From the human T2T-CHM13v2.0 reference genome, Homo sapiens, in assembly GCF_009914755.1 (NCBI RefSeq), contig NC_060929.1: a DNA stretch of 64,000 nucleotides, one strand, 5' to 3'. This document shows, piece after piece, positions 1 to 16,385 of this stretch. The notes beneath the pieces are model-generated. The model worked only from the letters and a program-made list of their open reading frames with translations, did not search any database and was not told where the DNA came from. Positions within the stretch are counted from its first letter, which is position 1. Every line of letters starts with the position of its first letter. Made by a program: the position numbers and the translations under genes.

Positions 1-3746
<3,746 letters not shown>

Positions 3747-3759
3747 CTAGAGGAATGAA

Positions 3760-4290
3760 TTTTTAAAATGTGATATACACAATGGAATATTATTCAGCCT
3801 TAAAAGAAGGATATTCTGTCATTTGTGACAACATAGATGAAACTAGAAGATATTATGCTAGGTGCAATAAACCAAGCACAGAAAGACAAATAAATACTAC
3901 GTGATCTCACTTATATGTGGAATCTAAAAGAATCAAACTCATAGTAGGAGAGAGTAGAATGGTTGTTTCCAGAAGCTATGGGTCGGGAAGTGGAGAGGGA
4001 AAGGGAAGACACTGGCCAAAGGGTGCAAAGTTTCAGTTAGAAAAGAAGAATCTGTTTTGGTGATCTATTGCACAGCATGAGTACTGTTAATAATAACGTA
4101 TTCTATATTTCAACATAGCTAAAAAAGTGGATTTTAAATGTTCTCCAAAAAAATGATAAGTATTTGAAGTGATTGATATGTTAACCAGATTTGATCATTC
4201 CACAATGTATACATCCATCAAAACATCACATTGTACTCCATAAATGTATACAATTATTATTTGTCAATTAAAAATAAAATAAAACTATAT
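3760..4290 (+). mobile_element. Old L1M (L1MA/MB-type) 3' end
   Basis: AATGGAATATTATTCAGCCTTAAAA...ATCTCACTTATATGTGGAATCTAAAA...A-rich tail at ~4270-4290. Confidence 0.8.
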
Positions 4291-5780
4291 TTCAAAAAAT
4301 CAATTCACCATAAAAGAATTTATTTTTGGACTATCCTTATGTCTCTATTATACTGTTTTGATTACTATAGCTTTGTAGTAAATTTTAATATTGGAAAATG
4401 TGAGTTTCTTTCTCAGATAGCCAACTGAGACTTTGATAGGGAATATGTTGAATCTGTAGATCAATTTGAGGAATATGACCATTATAACAATAGTGTATCT
4501 TGCTCTTTGGGGTCAGTTTTCTATAAAGGCATTGATGGCAAATGGCACAGATGGCAAAATTTGAATGTGGCCTTAAGGCAAAGAGTACATATGAAGTTCT
4601 TTGGTCTATTCTTGCAATAGAAAATTCAAAAGAAAAAGTTATAAACTTAAAAAGGTGTTCTTCCTGACTGTTGTGTAAAGTGGGTACTAGTAACGTGATA
4701 AATCTGTTCCTATGAAGGAGGTCAGCCTCCAAAAGAGCAACCTCAAAGCACAGCAGTTACTTCAGAATGTTAAATGCCATAGAGAATCTGAGGGGATTTG
4801 CCACACAGGCTGAGTTGTTCAGTAAATTCTCAAGTAAACCATAAGGCTGTGCTCACTTACCCCATTCCCAACACACACATATTACAAATTAAGTTGTTTA
4901 ATCTGAAACCTTGGAAATGTGATTTAACCTGAGACTCATTTACCTTCTGTAAAATGGAAGTAAATAGCGATACCAATAGGTTTTTCTAGGATCTGTGCTA
5001 GATGAGCATTCACGACAGATAAAGTGGGGGACATCTGGAAGATTATAATTGGAAAAGTGGTGCAAAAGCAGTAGTACATAATGGGAACTCAAGTTCACCA
5101 GGCTTTTTGAAATATTTCTCAAGAACAAAATATCAATGTTAAACAGGCTTTCTCCCTCTTTTTCAGTAGCTGTAATTTTATTGGACTCTCCTCAGAAAAT
5201 ACCATGGACTATTCTAAAGTTCCACTAAAGTGAAGAGCTGGACTCATCATAGAGGGAAAAGTGGGACTGACAATGAGGCTGCTAAATAACTCACATTAAC
5301 TTGGATTTTTCTACTTGCTCTCTGAGATGCTCCCTGACAAGTCAGTGAATAAAGGTCATCTTCACTCACTGTCAAGGAATTATACCCACTTCAAGTCAGA
5401 AATGGGACTCTAGAGATCATCTTTACCTCACCTGAGAAACTTATACAGTAATTTTTTTTTAATTTAAAGATGAGTCTTAAATAAGGTTCCCAAATAATAA
5501 GTTGGTAGCATTTAAAAATTTTTCATATTTTGCCTCATAATGACAAAAACTTTATCACAGTCCGGATTTTGAAATTTGGGAACTTCTCATCTGGACTAGT
5601 GATCTTCCCATTACTCCAAGTAGCCAAGAGGACTCCATGAGCATGATCCAGGGGTCATTGTGGAAAGAGGAGTACAAGGAAACCAGGCTGCCACATACCC
5701 ACATTCCCACTTCATCTAACAGCACACTTCTTTTATCGGTTTAATATGTCATGTTTTTACATAGCATTTTCCAACTCTAC

Positions 5781-6270
5781 TGATGCAGGACAGGCAAGCC
5801 CCAAAATTGCGGCTTAGCCAAGGAGGGTTCTTGGTTTCGTGCAGGAAAGAATTCAAGGGCGAGCTGATGGTGTTACACAGCATCTTTTACTGAAGTGGCA
5901 GTATACAGCAGCAGCACAGCTACTGCTCCTTGCTGAGTTAAACGGGGCTAGCCCATAGGCAGTGTGCCCAGAGTAGCAGCTCAGAGGCAGTTCTGCACTC
6001 ATATTTTACCCACTTTTAATTATATGCAAATTCAGGGACAGCTTATGCAGAAATTTCTAGGATGAAGGTGGTAACTATGGGGTTGTCAGGTCATTGCCAT
6101 GGAAAGGGGCAGTAATGTCTGGGTGTTGCCATGGCAATGGTAAACTGACATGGCATACTGTGAGGCATGTCTTATGGAGAAGTCCTTATGCTCTGGACCT
6201 GTTTTGGCTAGTTCCCAATTTGTTCCAGTGTCCAAGCTCTGCCTCAGGAGTCTAGTCCCACCTCTTCCCT
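5781..6270. mobile_element. ERV1-class solo LTR (MER4-group-like)
   Basis: TGATGCAGGACAGG...GGCTTAGCCAAGGAGGGTTCTTGG...AGGAAAGAATTCAAGGGCGAGC resembles MER4-group LTRs; subfamily uncertain. Confidence 0.6.
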
Positions 6271-6509
6271 GACTACTACTTACTCTTATGACCTTGAAAA
6301 ACTTATTTCTCTGTACCTCACTTCATTCATTTTTAAATTCTTGATTGTAATAATACTTGTCTCATTAACTTGTTTTGAAATTTAAATGAGTTAGTATACT
6401 TATAGCAGTTACACTAGTACCCGAGGCATAGTATGTGCTCAGTAAGTATGCTTACTGTTATTGCTATTATCATCACCTTTGCAGGGTGATTCCTTTAATT
6501 CTAATATAA

Positions 6510-7246
<737 letters not shown>

Positions 7247-8038
7247 TCAAACTACATGAGAGCAGTCAGTTTTTCATGGACTGTGGCATATTCAAGATAA
7301 AATACAGTCTCTAAGACAGAGTAAATGCTCATTAATATTTATGAGATGATCAAATGAAGATTAAAAAAAGCCAAGGCTTATAGCGGATAAATAGCTTGTA
7401 CAAGGTCACATGGAGAGTGGTGTAGCTGGCAATTAGTTCAGGTGTGCAAGATTCCCAAAGTTTCAGCTCTCAGAGATAGTATGATGATCTTGTCCCCAGA
7501 TCATACCAGAATAAGTTTCAGCTATCTCTTTACTTTAGAAGGGAAATAAATGTGAAATTCAGCCTTAGATACTAATACTTCCATTAGTAGTATAAAGTGT
7601 CCTCCAATTCTACCTACAACACCTGCAAGAGCTTCTTCCAGAGTTTTCTCATAGTCACTCTATCTGAAACCTAGCCCATTCCAAAATCAGCACTTTTGTA
7701 GCCTTTATTAAAGAATTCAAATGACTCATGGTTTAATTAAGGAACAATTAAAACTTATTAAACCATGGCCAAAAGATTGCTGGCTTGTCTATTGCAAGTT
7801 ATTGTATGAAATGAAAAATGCCACTGATTATGTACGTAATTGTAGTTCAAAGCAAAGCTACCATCTCATTCTTCATCCATCAGCCTGGGTTTGGGGACTA
7901 GCTATTAAAATGGCATGTGCAATTACCTGTCTTTCACAAGAAAAGAATCCCCATGGCTCGCAGACATTTCTGACCTCTTTCTGGAGTTGTACTACTTAGA
8001 AATTGCTATTTCACAATTGAGGCAGGAATTCTTGAAAA

Positions 8039-8045
8039 TATATAA
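8039..8045 (+). promoter_or_regulatory. SPINK9: TATA box of SPINK9
   Basis: TATATAA 85 nt upstream of the ATG. Confidence 0.7.
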
Positions 8046-8123
8046 GGCAGGATCAAAGTGAGCTGGACGGACACCAGGTCACTTCTTTTCCCTACATCTG
8101 ACTGCCTTGGCCACTTCAGTACT

Positions 8124-8178
8124 ATGAGAGCAACAGCCATAGTCCTACTCTTGGCTCTGACACTTGCAACCATGTTCA
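8124..8178 (+). CDS. SPINK9: SPINK9 coding exon 1 (signal peptide MRATAIVLLLALTLATMF)
   Basis: ATG at 8124, hydrophobic leader, donor A|GTGAGT at 8179; phase 1. Confidence 0.96.
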
Positions 8179-8324
8179 GTGAGTATCTCTGATAATACTG
8201 CCCCTGCCCTTGTACTAATAGCTCATGCAGTCTTCTGCCTATGTAATTCTGGGATATATGTAATTCATCACATAAATAATAAGGGAAACTTTTTAAAATG
8301 AATCTTTTGCCTCAACCAACGAAT

Positions 8325-8600
8325 TGCTAAATCACATCACCTCAGGGGTAGAGTGGATGTTAACAGTCATCTAAAGTCAAATGCTTATTCATGAGAATAC
8401 TTTGTATAATTTTTTAGGGAGAGGATCATCCAGACTCTGCTTTGACTTGATGTCACCATTTACAGGGAACTCATTTATTCATAAAACATTACAATCAATT
8501 GTTTGGCACCATGGGCTATTCTTCTATTATTGAGTTAAAATTGGCCTCCCTAGAATTTTCAACCACTGTTCCAACATCTGTCATCTACACCTGTCCACAA
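8325..8600 (-). mobile_element. L3/CR1 fragment in SPINK9 intron 1
   Basis: ATCATCCAGACTCTGCTT...GGGAACTCA...TTATTGAGTTAAAATTGGCCTCCC, typical of the L3 3' region read antisense. Confidence 0.6.
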
Positions 8601-8931
8601 TAGCACATCTCCCTAAATATGACTCACTTATTTCTTCTGTCTCTACTGAGCTCTGGTTATGAAGTAAAAAAGATTAAGACAAAATTCTCATTCATCGTGG
8701 CATCTTTTCCATTTCTTTGACTAGATTCCACTCCCACTCCAAAAAAGAAAAAAAATTTAAAGATACGTGTGAAGAGCTTCAACCTTTGATACAATGCTGA
8801 TACACAGTTGTGAAGAGAGACTTACATTTTTATGACAGGCTGAAAGCTAAAGCATAAATCAAAGATTCTTTTTCTAGTAAGATTAGGTTCTTCCAGAGTT
8901 TAATATTGCCTTGTCTTTGTTTTTCTTCCAG

Positions 8932-8963
8932 GTATAGAATGTGCCAAACAGACGAAACAGATG
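8932..8963 (+). CDS. SPINK9: SPINK9 exon 2 (S-IECAKQTKQM)
   Basis: Acceptor TTTTTCTTCCAG, donor ATG|GTCAGT; 32 nt restores phase 0. Confidence 0.95.
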
Positions 8964-10987
8964 GTCAGTACACCCATCCTACTTTTATGTAATTTTAAAG
9001 TCAATATCAGTAAGGAAATATTTGATACTACACAGTAATTAAATTTCTATATGTTTGAATATTTACTTTATGTGTATGAAAACTGGTTTTATTTCAAAAA
9101 TTGTAGGCAGATCTTTCTAAAATGGAGAGAGTAGAACAAGGTGGTGAGACACTAGCAACAAATTTAGAAAGGCCTGGTCTTTAATTCCACGTTTTTGATC
9201 ACGTGGCCATGGGCAACATACTTATAACATTATTCCAAGACTTGAAGCCATAGTATTTGAAAAGAGCTTAGCACAGTGCCTGGCATAGAGTGAAACTCAA
9301 TAAGGGCAAGTCATGATTCTTATAATTTTTAAATGGGTCACACATATCTTTGTTCTCTGTCTTAGAAAATAAGGACTTTAATTTAGCCTTCCATTCATGA
9401 CTCAGGTTACAGTAATGAGTATTGTTGAAAAAATCTAGGTGTGGTAGCAAAAATCTTATTTGGTACTCAATTTGAGTTCCACTCTAAACTCTGTTGCTTA
9501 TTAACTGTGTGACACTGGGGCCTGGGAAATTTATTTTATGTCTTTGAGGCTTCTGTTTTACCTATTAAAGAAAATAATAGGGTTAAGGATATAAATTTTG
9601 GAGTCAGATGGGCCTGAGTTCAAGCCATCCTTCATGATTTAGTAGCTGTGAGAGGATGTAAAGGATTACTGAAAGTTACGAGCTTGGTAGTTTCCCATCA
9701 CATTGTTGAGTATCACATAAACTCTGTCTCCCTGGGATTTGAGCAGGCAAGAAGAGGAAGTGAAATCACGCTGGCATATACTTATCATCAGGCACTGCTG
9801 TTTCTATTCTGCTGCACTAGCCTCTAAGGTCCTCCTGCCATTATGCCATGCATACCTATCTTTGCATCAGCTCCACTAACCTTAGCCCGATAACAGGAGG
9901 TGTATGGAAGCTGATGAATGAATGAATGAATTAATTAATGAAGCACATCTGGAGGGAAGGAAGAATTCAACTTTAAGTTTGAGTATATTCCAAGCTATTC
10001 AAGTAGAGATAGTCCACAATTAATAAAATATCATGCCTAGACCTCTCAGACAAAACAAGCTGGAGATGCAGTCTTTTGTATACAGCTGGAGTTTGTGTAG
10101 ACCTGAAAGAGAAATCAAAAGATAAAAAATTGTGCCTATTATTCATTCAATATTTTCCATGCAATGTAGTGCTAAGCATTGTACACATATCTTTTCATTT
10201 ACATATTTTTTACTTCCACCCTACAATGTGGTTATTATCTTTATTTTACAGATAAAAAAACTAAAGTTTAGAGAGGTAAAAAAATTTTTACAGGGTCACA
10301 TAGAATTTGCATTCAGATGTGTTTGACTTTACTCTATATGCTCTTCTATATGCTCATAGATTTTTTAAAAAATATGAAAAACTTTTCTTGGGAATTGCCT
10401 ACCTACTTCCACAGGCTTTGCTCTAGGAATTTAGAACACTGGTTCCCAACTACAATATTAAGATATATTCATCTATGTGCTGGTGAAGTATATAACAAGT
10501 AAATTGTTACCAATAATTAGTAGTAAAAATCTGTCAGTAATGTACTAGTCATTAAAATGATAGTAGTTATCCCTACATTTCACACTTGCATTCATATTGA
10601 GCTTTTTCAGTGAAAGACAGAAATAGTAGGATAATTCCTACAGAAAATATATCACACTTCTGAGTACTCCCATGAGAATGGTTGCATTTGAGAATATGCC
10701 ATGTATTTTAAGAACTGATACATCAACCAGTATTGTGAGAAAAAAATCTATTTTTACATTAAGGTATGATTTGGGAACCAACTATGGTAAAGATGTTTAT
10801 CAGTCATGATTTTATATCTGACATAAAACATCTTTACATTTGAAATGTCTTGAAGGGGGTAGATGAGAACCAACAATTGTAATAAGAAACATGCATTGAG
10901 AGCCCTCTGAGCTTGCTTGAAAAATCCTAAATCCTGATAATAAAGATTTGGTTGAAAGAGTTGAAGGTTTTTAATATGTTTTTTCAG

Positions 10988-11115
10988 GTTGACTGCAGTC
11001 ATTATAAAAAGTTACCACCAGGACAACAGAGATTTTGTCATCATATGTATGATCCAATTTGTGGATCTGATGGCAAAACTTATAAAAATGATTGCTTCTT
11101 CTGTTCTAAAGTTAA
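10988..11115 (+). CDS. SPINK9: SPINK9 exon 3, Kazal domain core ([42 protein letters not shown])
   Basis: TTTTCAG acceptor, GTAAGT donor, Kazal signature C-x7-C-GSDG-x-TY-x-N-x-C-x2-C. Confidence 0.98.
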
Positions 11116-11304
11116 GTAAGTATTAAAATGTTTTCTTTTTCATATTTAAGGTAAAAGTATATATTAAGACAAATTAGAAGGTGTGATGTAGGGCCTAAGG
11201 AATATGTGAATCATATCATACTGTCTCTAACAAACAGAACCTTCCAGTTGGTAGAATTTGGGAGTCCCTGATATCACAATATCCCCACATATTCTGGAAG
11301 TAAG

Positions 11305-11495
11305 AGTGAATCAGAGAATTCTAAAATCTCCAAGTTGAAAGGAAATATATGGTCATCTAGTTCAACTTCCACTTGATAATCTATTGCTTAAACTTCCTCT
11401 ACAGAAAAGTTACCAAGTAGTCTCACAGTCCACCTGGATTATTTCCAGGGTCAAGGAGTATCCTCCCTCCTAAGCATCCCATCCACATCTGGTAG
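11305..11495 (-). mobile_element. L3/CR1 fragment in SPINK9 intron 3
   Basis: GTTGAAAGG...GGTCATCTAGTTCAAC motif. Confidence 0.55.
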
Positions 11496-12176
11496 AATGA
11501 GCCATGTTTTTGTTCAGCTTTAGCAACTAGGCTTGGATATGTTAGAGCCCCCTAATGCCTGGTACAAAGGGGATAATATCTGCAAAATCTGAAGAACTTT
11601 TTCTGTTTCAGAGTATTATATCTCAACAGAATATATGTTGGTGCTATAGTAAAAATTACACTTAAAAAATCAGGTAGCCAAAAGTAGTTTAAAGATTATA
11701 AACTAATCATCTCCAAGATATATTAACATTAGTTCAAAAATTATAAAATAATGAATGATATACTGGAATGTATAAAAACATATGGGTCATTTTAAATATT
11801 TTAAAAAATATAGATGAATTAGATGAAATACAAACGAGCATCTAACATATGTGGCATATTGTTCTGGTTCTTTTTTTAATAAAAGAAAAATAACAATTTT
11901 TATGAAAAGAGACTTCTAAATGTGTGTTTCCCTTAAATTAAAAAAAAATTAAAACATTTCTGTTTTCAGGGATATAAATTGTGATGTATTTGAGCATCAT
12001 CCTTATATAATCAGCACCAGTTTCAAAAATATTTCTAAATTGCAGTCACTCCTTTTAAAAACATCAATAAGCGGGGAAACTTGAATACATTTTTGGGATT
12101 CATTAGTGAAGTTTGGATGCTAATGAAATGCCTATGGGCTCAGCATTTCTCATTTGTTGCTATATTCTCTCCACAG

Positions 12177-12222
12177 GAAAACTGACGGCACACTTAAATT
12201 TGTACATTTTGGAAAATGTTAA
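12177..12222 (+). CDS. SPINK9: SPINK9 exon 4 (K-KTDGTLKFVHFGKC*)
   Basis: CTCTCCACAG acceptor; sixth Kazal Cys then TAA. Spliced CDS is 55+32+128+46=261 nt = 86 aa, matching the SPINK9/LEKTI-2 sequence as I recall it. Confidence 0.97.
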
Positions 12223-12340
12223 ATCTATCTTGTGAGTCCAAAATATCTTTTAATGCATCTATTCACAAGAGTCACATTTCTGTTCCCATATTATCTATGC
12301 CACATTGCCTACTCATCACCATATGTAGATTTCTTTGTAG

Positions 12341-12366
12341 AATAAAGCAGATATAAGGGAAATAAA
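12341..12366 (+). terminator. SPINK9: Tandem polyadenylation signals of SPINK9
   Basis: AATAAA at 12341-12346 and 12361-12366, followed by T/G-rich sequence. Confidence 0.75.
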
Positions 12367-13857
12367 TGTGCACCTGACTCTTTTTTTGGGGGGGAACTGA
12401 GTTGAATTTTCTAGATTTGTTTTTTACTTTTGGGTGCTGTCTAATAGATAATTTTAGGGAGAAAAAAAGGGCCAATTAAGACTAGTAATAGGAACTAGAA
12501 AATTAAAGGCCCTGAAGCTGATGCACTGTTCTTACCCAGGCTAGGAAAACACTCCATGTACATTACTCAGTTATTGAACATCCATGAAATGTGAACAGAT
12601 AAAGAGAGACCCTTCAGGCACAAGAATCAGAAAACACTGCTTTGCTAGATGTCTCTTGGGTTTAAGACACTGAGAATTGCTCTGGATTGGGACTGCTCTC
12701 CAACTGTTTCCTACCAGAGAATATGTTTGTAAAATGCGGCTGGTAAAAAAAAATGGTTGGTAAAGTTGTGCAATTTCTCACATATTAGTTGACGTCTCTG
12801 ATACTTTTCTTTCTTGAATGTTTGATCTCAGGTCTGAGACCTGAAATTTAGCTTATCCTACTATTATATCATAAGTTTCTTAAAGACCAGAGAATATGCC
12901 TTGTAAATCTTTGTAATCCATTTGTGCATATATTCAATCACAAGTATCTATTAAGGCCTACTTTGTCAGTGTCAGTGTTCTGCCTTGGAGAATACAATGT
13001 TGAGCAGAGTAGATATGGTCTCGCCACCTTGGAGTTTATATTCTGTGAAGAAATTTCCTATGCTTGGTACAGCATCTTGCATAAAACTGATATAGAAACA
13101 TGCTCAATAAATTTAATTGAAATTAAGCAACATTTTCATTAGATTATAACAGAGTCACCCATGAATTTAACATATGAAAACCTACCTATATATTATCTAT
13201 AAAGAGGGAGAAAAAGAAAATGTAGTCAATCCATTTTTGAGCTATGATCTGGTCTTGCAAATTCATCAGAGATTTAGGGAACAAGACTGTCTATCAGAAT
13301 GACCCATGTTAACCTCCACAGAATTCAGGTACAATGGTGTTTGTTGTTTCTTTTCTTTTCTTTCTATTTTACATTTTTTTTAAACTTTCGGAATGATGCA
13401 AGACCATCACTAACATTACTTAAAAACACTCTCTTTAAAATTTGTTGATTGGAATTTAGGGAGGGAAAAAAAGTGCTCTTCAAAGAAACTCTTTAAAGGA
13501 ATTAAAAATATTAACCTAGAATTTATTCATCCATCTTTTCACCAAATATTTATTAAATATTCACTCTGCCAGATGCTGCTAGAAATGAATCAGAGAGCAA
13601 ATAAATATAAACATTAGTCTTTTCTTCATGGAGCTTTAAGTATAGAGGGGAAGAACTATGTTAACAATACATCAATCTTAAATATACATATTTGAAAAAA
13701 CTAGACTTAGACTGGGTAATCAGGAAAGACTTCCCTGAGAAGGTAACTTATAAGCAGAAACCTGAAGGATGGATAGAAGTCAGCAAAAGAAAATGGTGGG
13801 CAAGAGCAGTGAGTTGGAGTTGGGGGAGGTTGGCCATGGGGTTGAGAAATGAGAAGC

Positions 13858-14215
13858 AGCCAGGCACAGTGGCTCATGCCTGTAATCCCAGCACTTTGGG
13901 AGGCCAAGGCAGGAGGATTGCTGGAGCCTAGAAGATAAAGACCAGCCTGGGCAACACAGTGAAATGCCATCTTTACAAAAAATAGAAAAAATTAGCTGGT
14001 GTGGTAGTATATGTCTGTAGTTTCAGCTACTTGGGTGGCCAAGGCAGAAGAATCAATTAAGCCTGGGAAGTCCACTTGAGCCCGGGAGGTTGAGGCTGGA
14101 TGTCAAGGCTGCACTGAGCTGAGATTGCATCCCTGCACTCTGGTCTGGGTGACGAAGTCAGACTCTGTCTCAAAAATAATAATAATAATAAAAGGAAAAA
14201 GAAAAGAAAAAAAAA
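13858..14215 (+). mobile_element. AluJ-type element with internal partial duplication in the right arm
   Basis: Alu consensus; ~360 bp; flanked by GAGAAGCA direct repeats. Confidence 0.9.
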
Positions 14216-14289
14216 GAGAGAAGCATCATTCCAAGCAGAGTGAACACATGAGACTGCAATGTAGAAAACCAGCATAAAGAGTTGTTGGC

Positions 14290-14790
14290 CAATTCATGTT
14301 TTCCAACCACTCTTCCTTGTTATCCTCTCTACCACCCACTTCCCACAATCCATTTTCTAACAGCCTTCAGAGTGGTATTTCTAAACATAGACCTCATCAT
14401 CCATTCCCCTGGTAAGGTTGCTTCAGTGAGTCTCACTGCTTACAGCCCCATCAATATCGGCCACCTCACTCTGCAAACTCATCTCTCTCCATTCCACACT
14501 TTGCCCCAGACTGGTCACCACTCTCAGAACCTCCCATGCACTCTGAAATTTTGCACATGCTCATCCCTCTTTCTACAATTCTCTTTCCCACTTTTCCATC
14601 TTACCAATTTCCACATCATCTTTCAGCCTTAATGTCATTATCTTTAAAAAGTATCTCTTATGTATTTGGTCCTCCTAAATTAGCATACTTTATATTATTT
14701 TCACTTTAGCTCTGTAACCATCTGTTTCCACTGGCATACTGCAGGCTTGCAGTTGGCATGCCATAGGTGTTCAATTAATACCTTATAAAT
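14290..14790. mobile_element. L2 fragment
   Basis: Pyrimidine-rich degenerate L2 3' region (AACAGCCTTCAGAGTGGTATTTCTAAAC...TAGGTGTTCAATTAATA). Confidence 0.5.
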
Positions 14791-16159
14791 TAACTAAGTT
14801 AAATTAAAATGAATTGAATTTGGCTTCTGTCAACAAGTAAGCAAGGAAACCATGATGTCTTTTCCCAGATAACTCTGAAGTCAAGTGTCTTCACTCCCGA
14901 TCCAGCTCCAACATTAGAATATATATCTATTTGCATTCTGCATCAACCCAAACTCTGCTTCTTCAAGCTCCCTATAAAGAATCCACAAACATACAAACAA
15001 TAGAGAGCAATAAATGCTTTTCTGGAGATTGTGGAAGAGTCATCAAAATGGCCATTACCTTGCACAGCCCACAGCCCAAGATTCCTTATTACATTGCTTT
15101 CATCTCTTGCAAAACCACCTCGTAAAATCCTTGTCATTTGTAACATGAAAAAAATTACCATAAATTTTTAAAGATATACAAATAAAATAAGATGAAAACA
15201 ATTAAATAATTACCAAAACCTGTTGCTAGAACTGAAGCCTACACAAATTCTAAGAAATCTCATTTTGTTTCATTTTTAATTAGCTCTTCCTCACATTTAA
15301 GCAAACCACACATTACTATATCCAATAAACCAGTCCTTGTAAAACAGGTAACTCATGTCTGTCAGAGAACAATTTTAAGCTAAAGTATTGACTTTGGAAT
15401 GTTGATTAACAATAAGGGTGCAGATCAAGGAGATGGAATCCAGAGTTATAAATATGTTCCTTAACAAAACACATCCACATGGACACATTCTGGAAATATT
15501 TCAGAACTTCCTTTAAAAATAACTCTAAATCCAAACACAGCAGTCAATAAAAAATTAAGCTTTTTAAGAGCACCTGCTTAAAAATAGGAAAAAGGTTACT
15601 GGAGTTCTGTGAGATGCTTCTGGAGAGTTCAGGAAACTGGTGCATCACTCCCAGTTGCCAGACTCGAAGTGCTCCTTTCTAGGACATGAGGCATTTCATG
15701 CTCACAAATAGGTGTGGAAGTTAAAACAACTGAGGCCCCACCCAGCCAAGCCCTGCATGACTAATCAAAGAGTAAGCCTGGCTTTGGGTTTCTTTCTATC
15801 CTTGTGCCCAGTTTCTGAATCTTATTCTGCCTGCCCGTGAAACCCCTGGTGACTGCTGCATCCCCAGCCTGAGCCCCTGACTCTGTAATGTGCCCAGGAG
15901 CCTAGTCCTCTGGTACTTTGCACCTCTAGGTTGTGCTCCTTGCTTCTCTCTTCTCCACTTTACTACTTCTAGAATGGCAGCCCAGTGGCAAACACTCTTA
16001 AAACACTGGCCACCCTACTTCTGTTTTGGCTGCCTGTCTGGGCTCCAGTTGTTTCTTATACATCTCTGAGGCCCACCAATTGCTTGAACTACCATCTGTT
16101 TGCTGCCACACCCTTTAGATATTAACTTGTCCTCCCTGTGAAACTAAAATTATTTGTGA

Positions 16160-16385
16160 AGCCTGTAGAATATAATGGTTAAGAACTAAGGGGTTTTGGG
16201 CAGAGAAAGTCCTGGGGTCAAATTTAGGTTTGCCACTTCCAAGTAGCCTTGAGTTAGTGGCTTAATCTCTTGAGTTTCGGTTCCTGCATTTCGAATGGAG
16301 ACAATAACAGTTCCTTCCAGATTAGCATGAACTAATATGTATACAGCACATAATATTGTGCCTGGCATGTAATTAGCTAACAGGA
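16160..16385 (+). mobile_element. MIR
   Basis: MIR core (GGCTTAATCTCTTGAGTTTCGGTTCCTGCATTT...GTGCCTGGCATG). Many other MIR/L2 fragments are scattered through the window and not listed. Confidence 0.6.
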
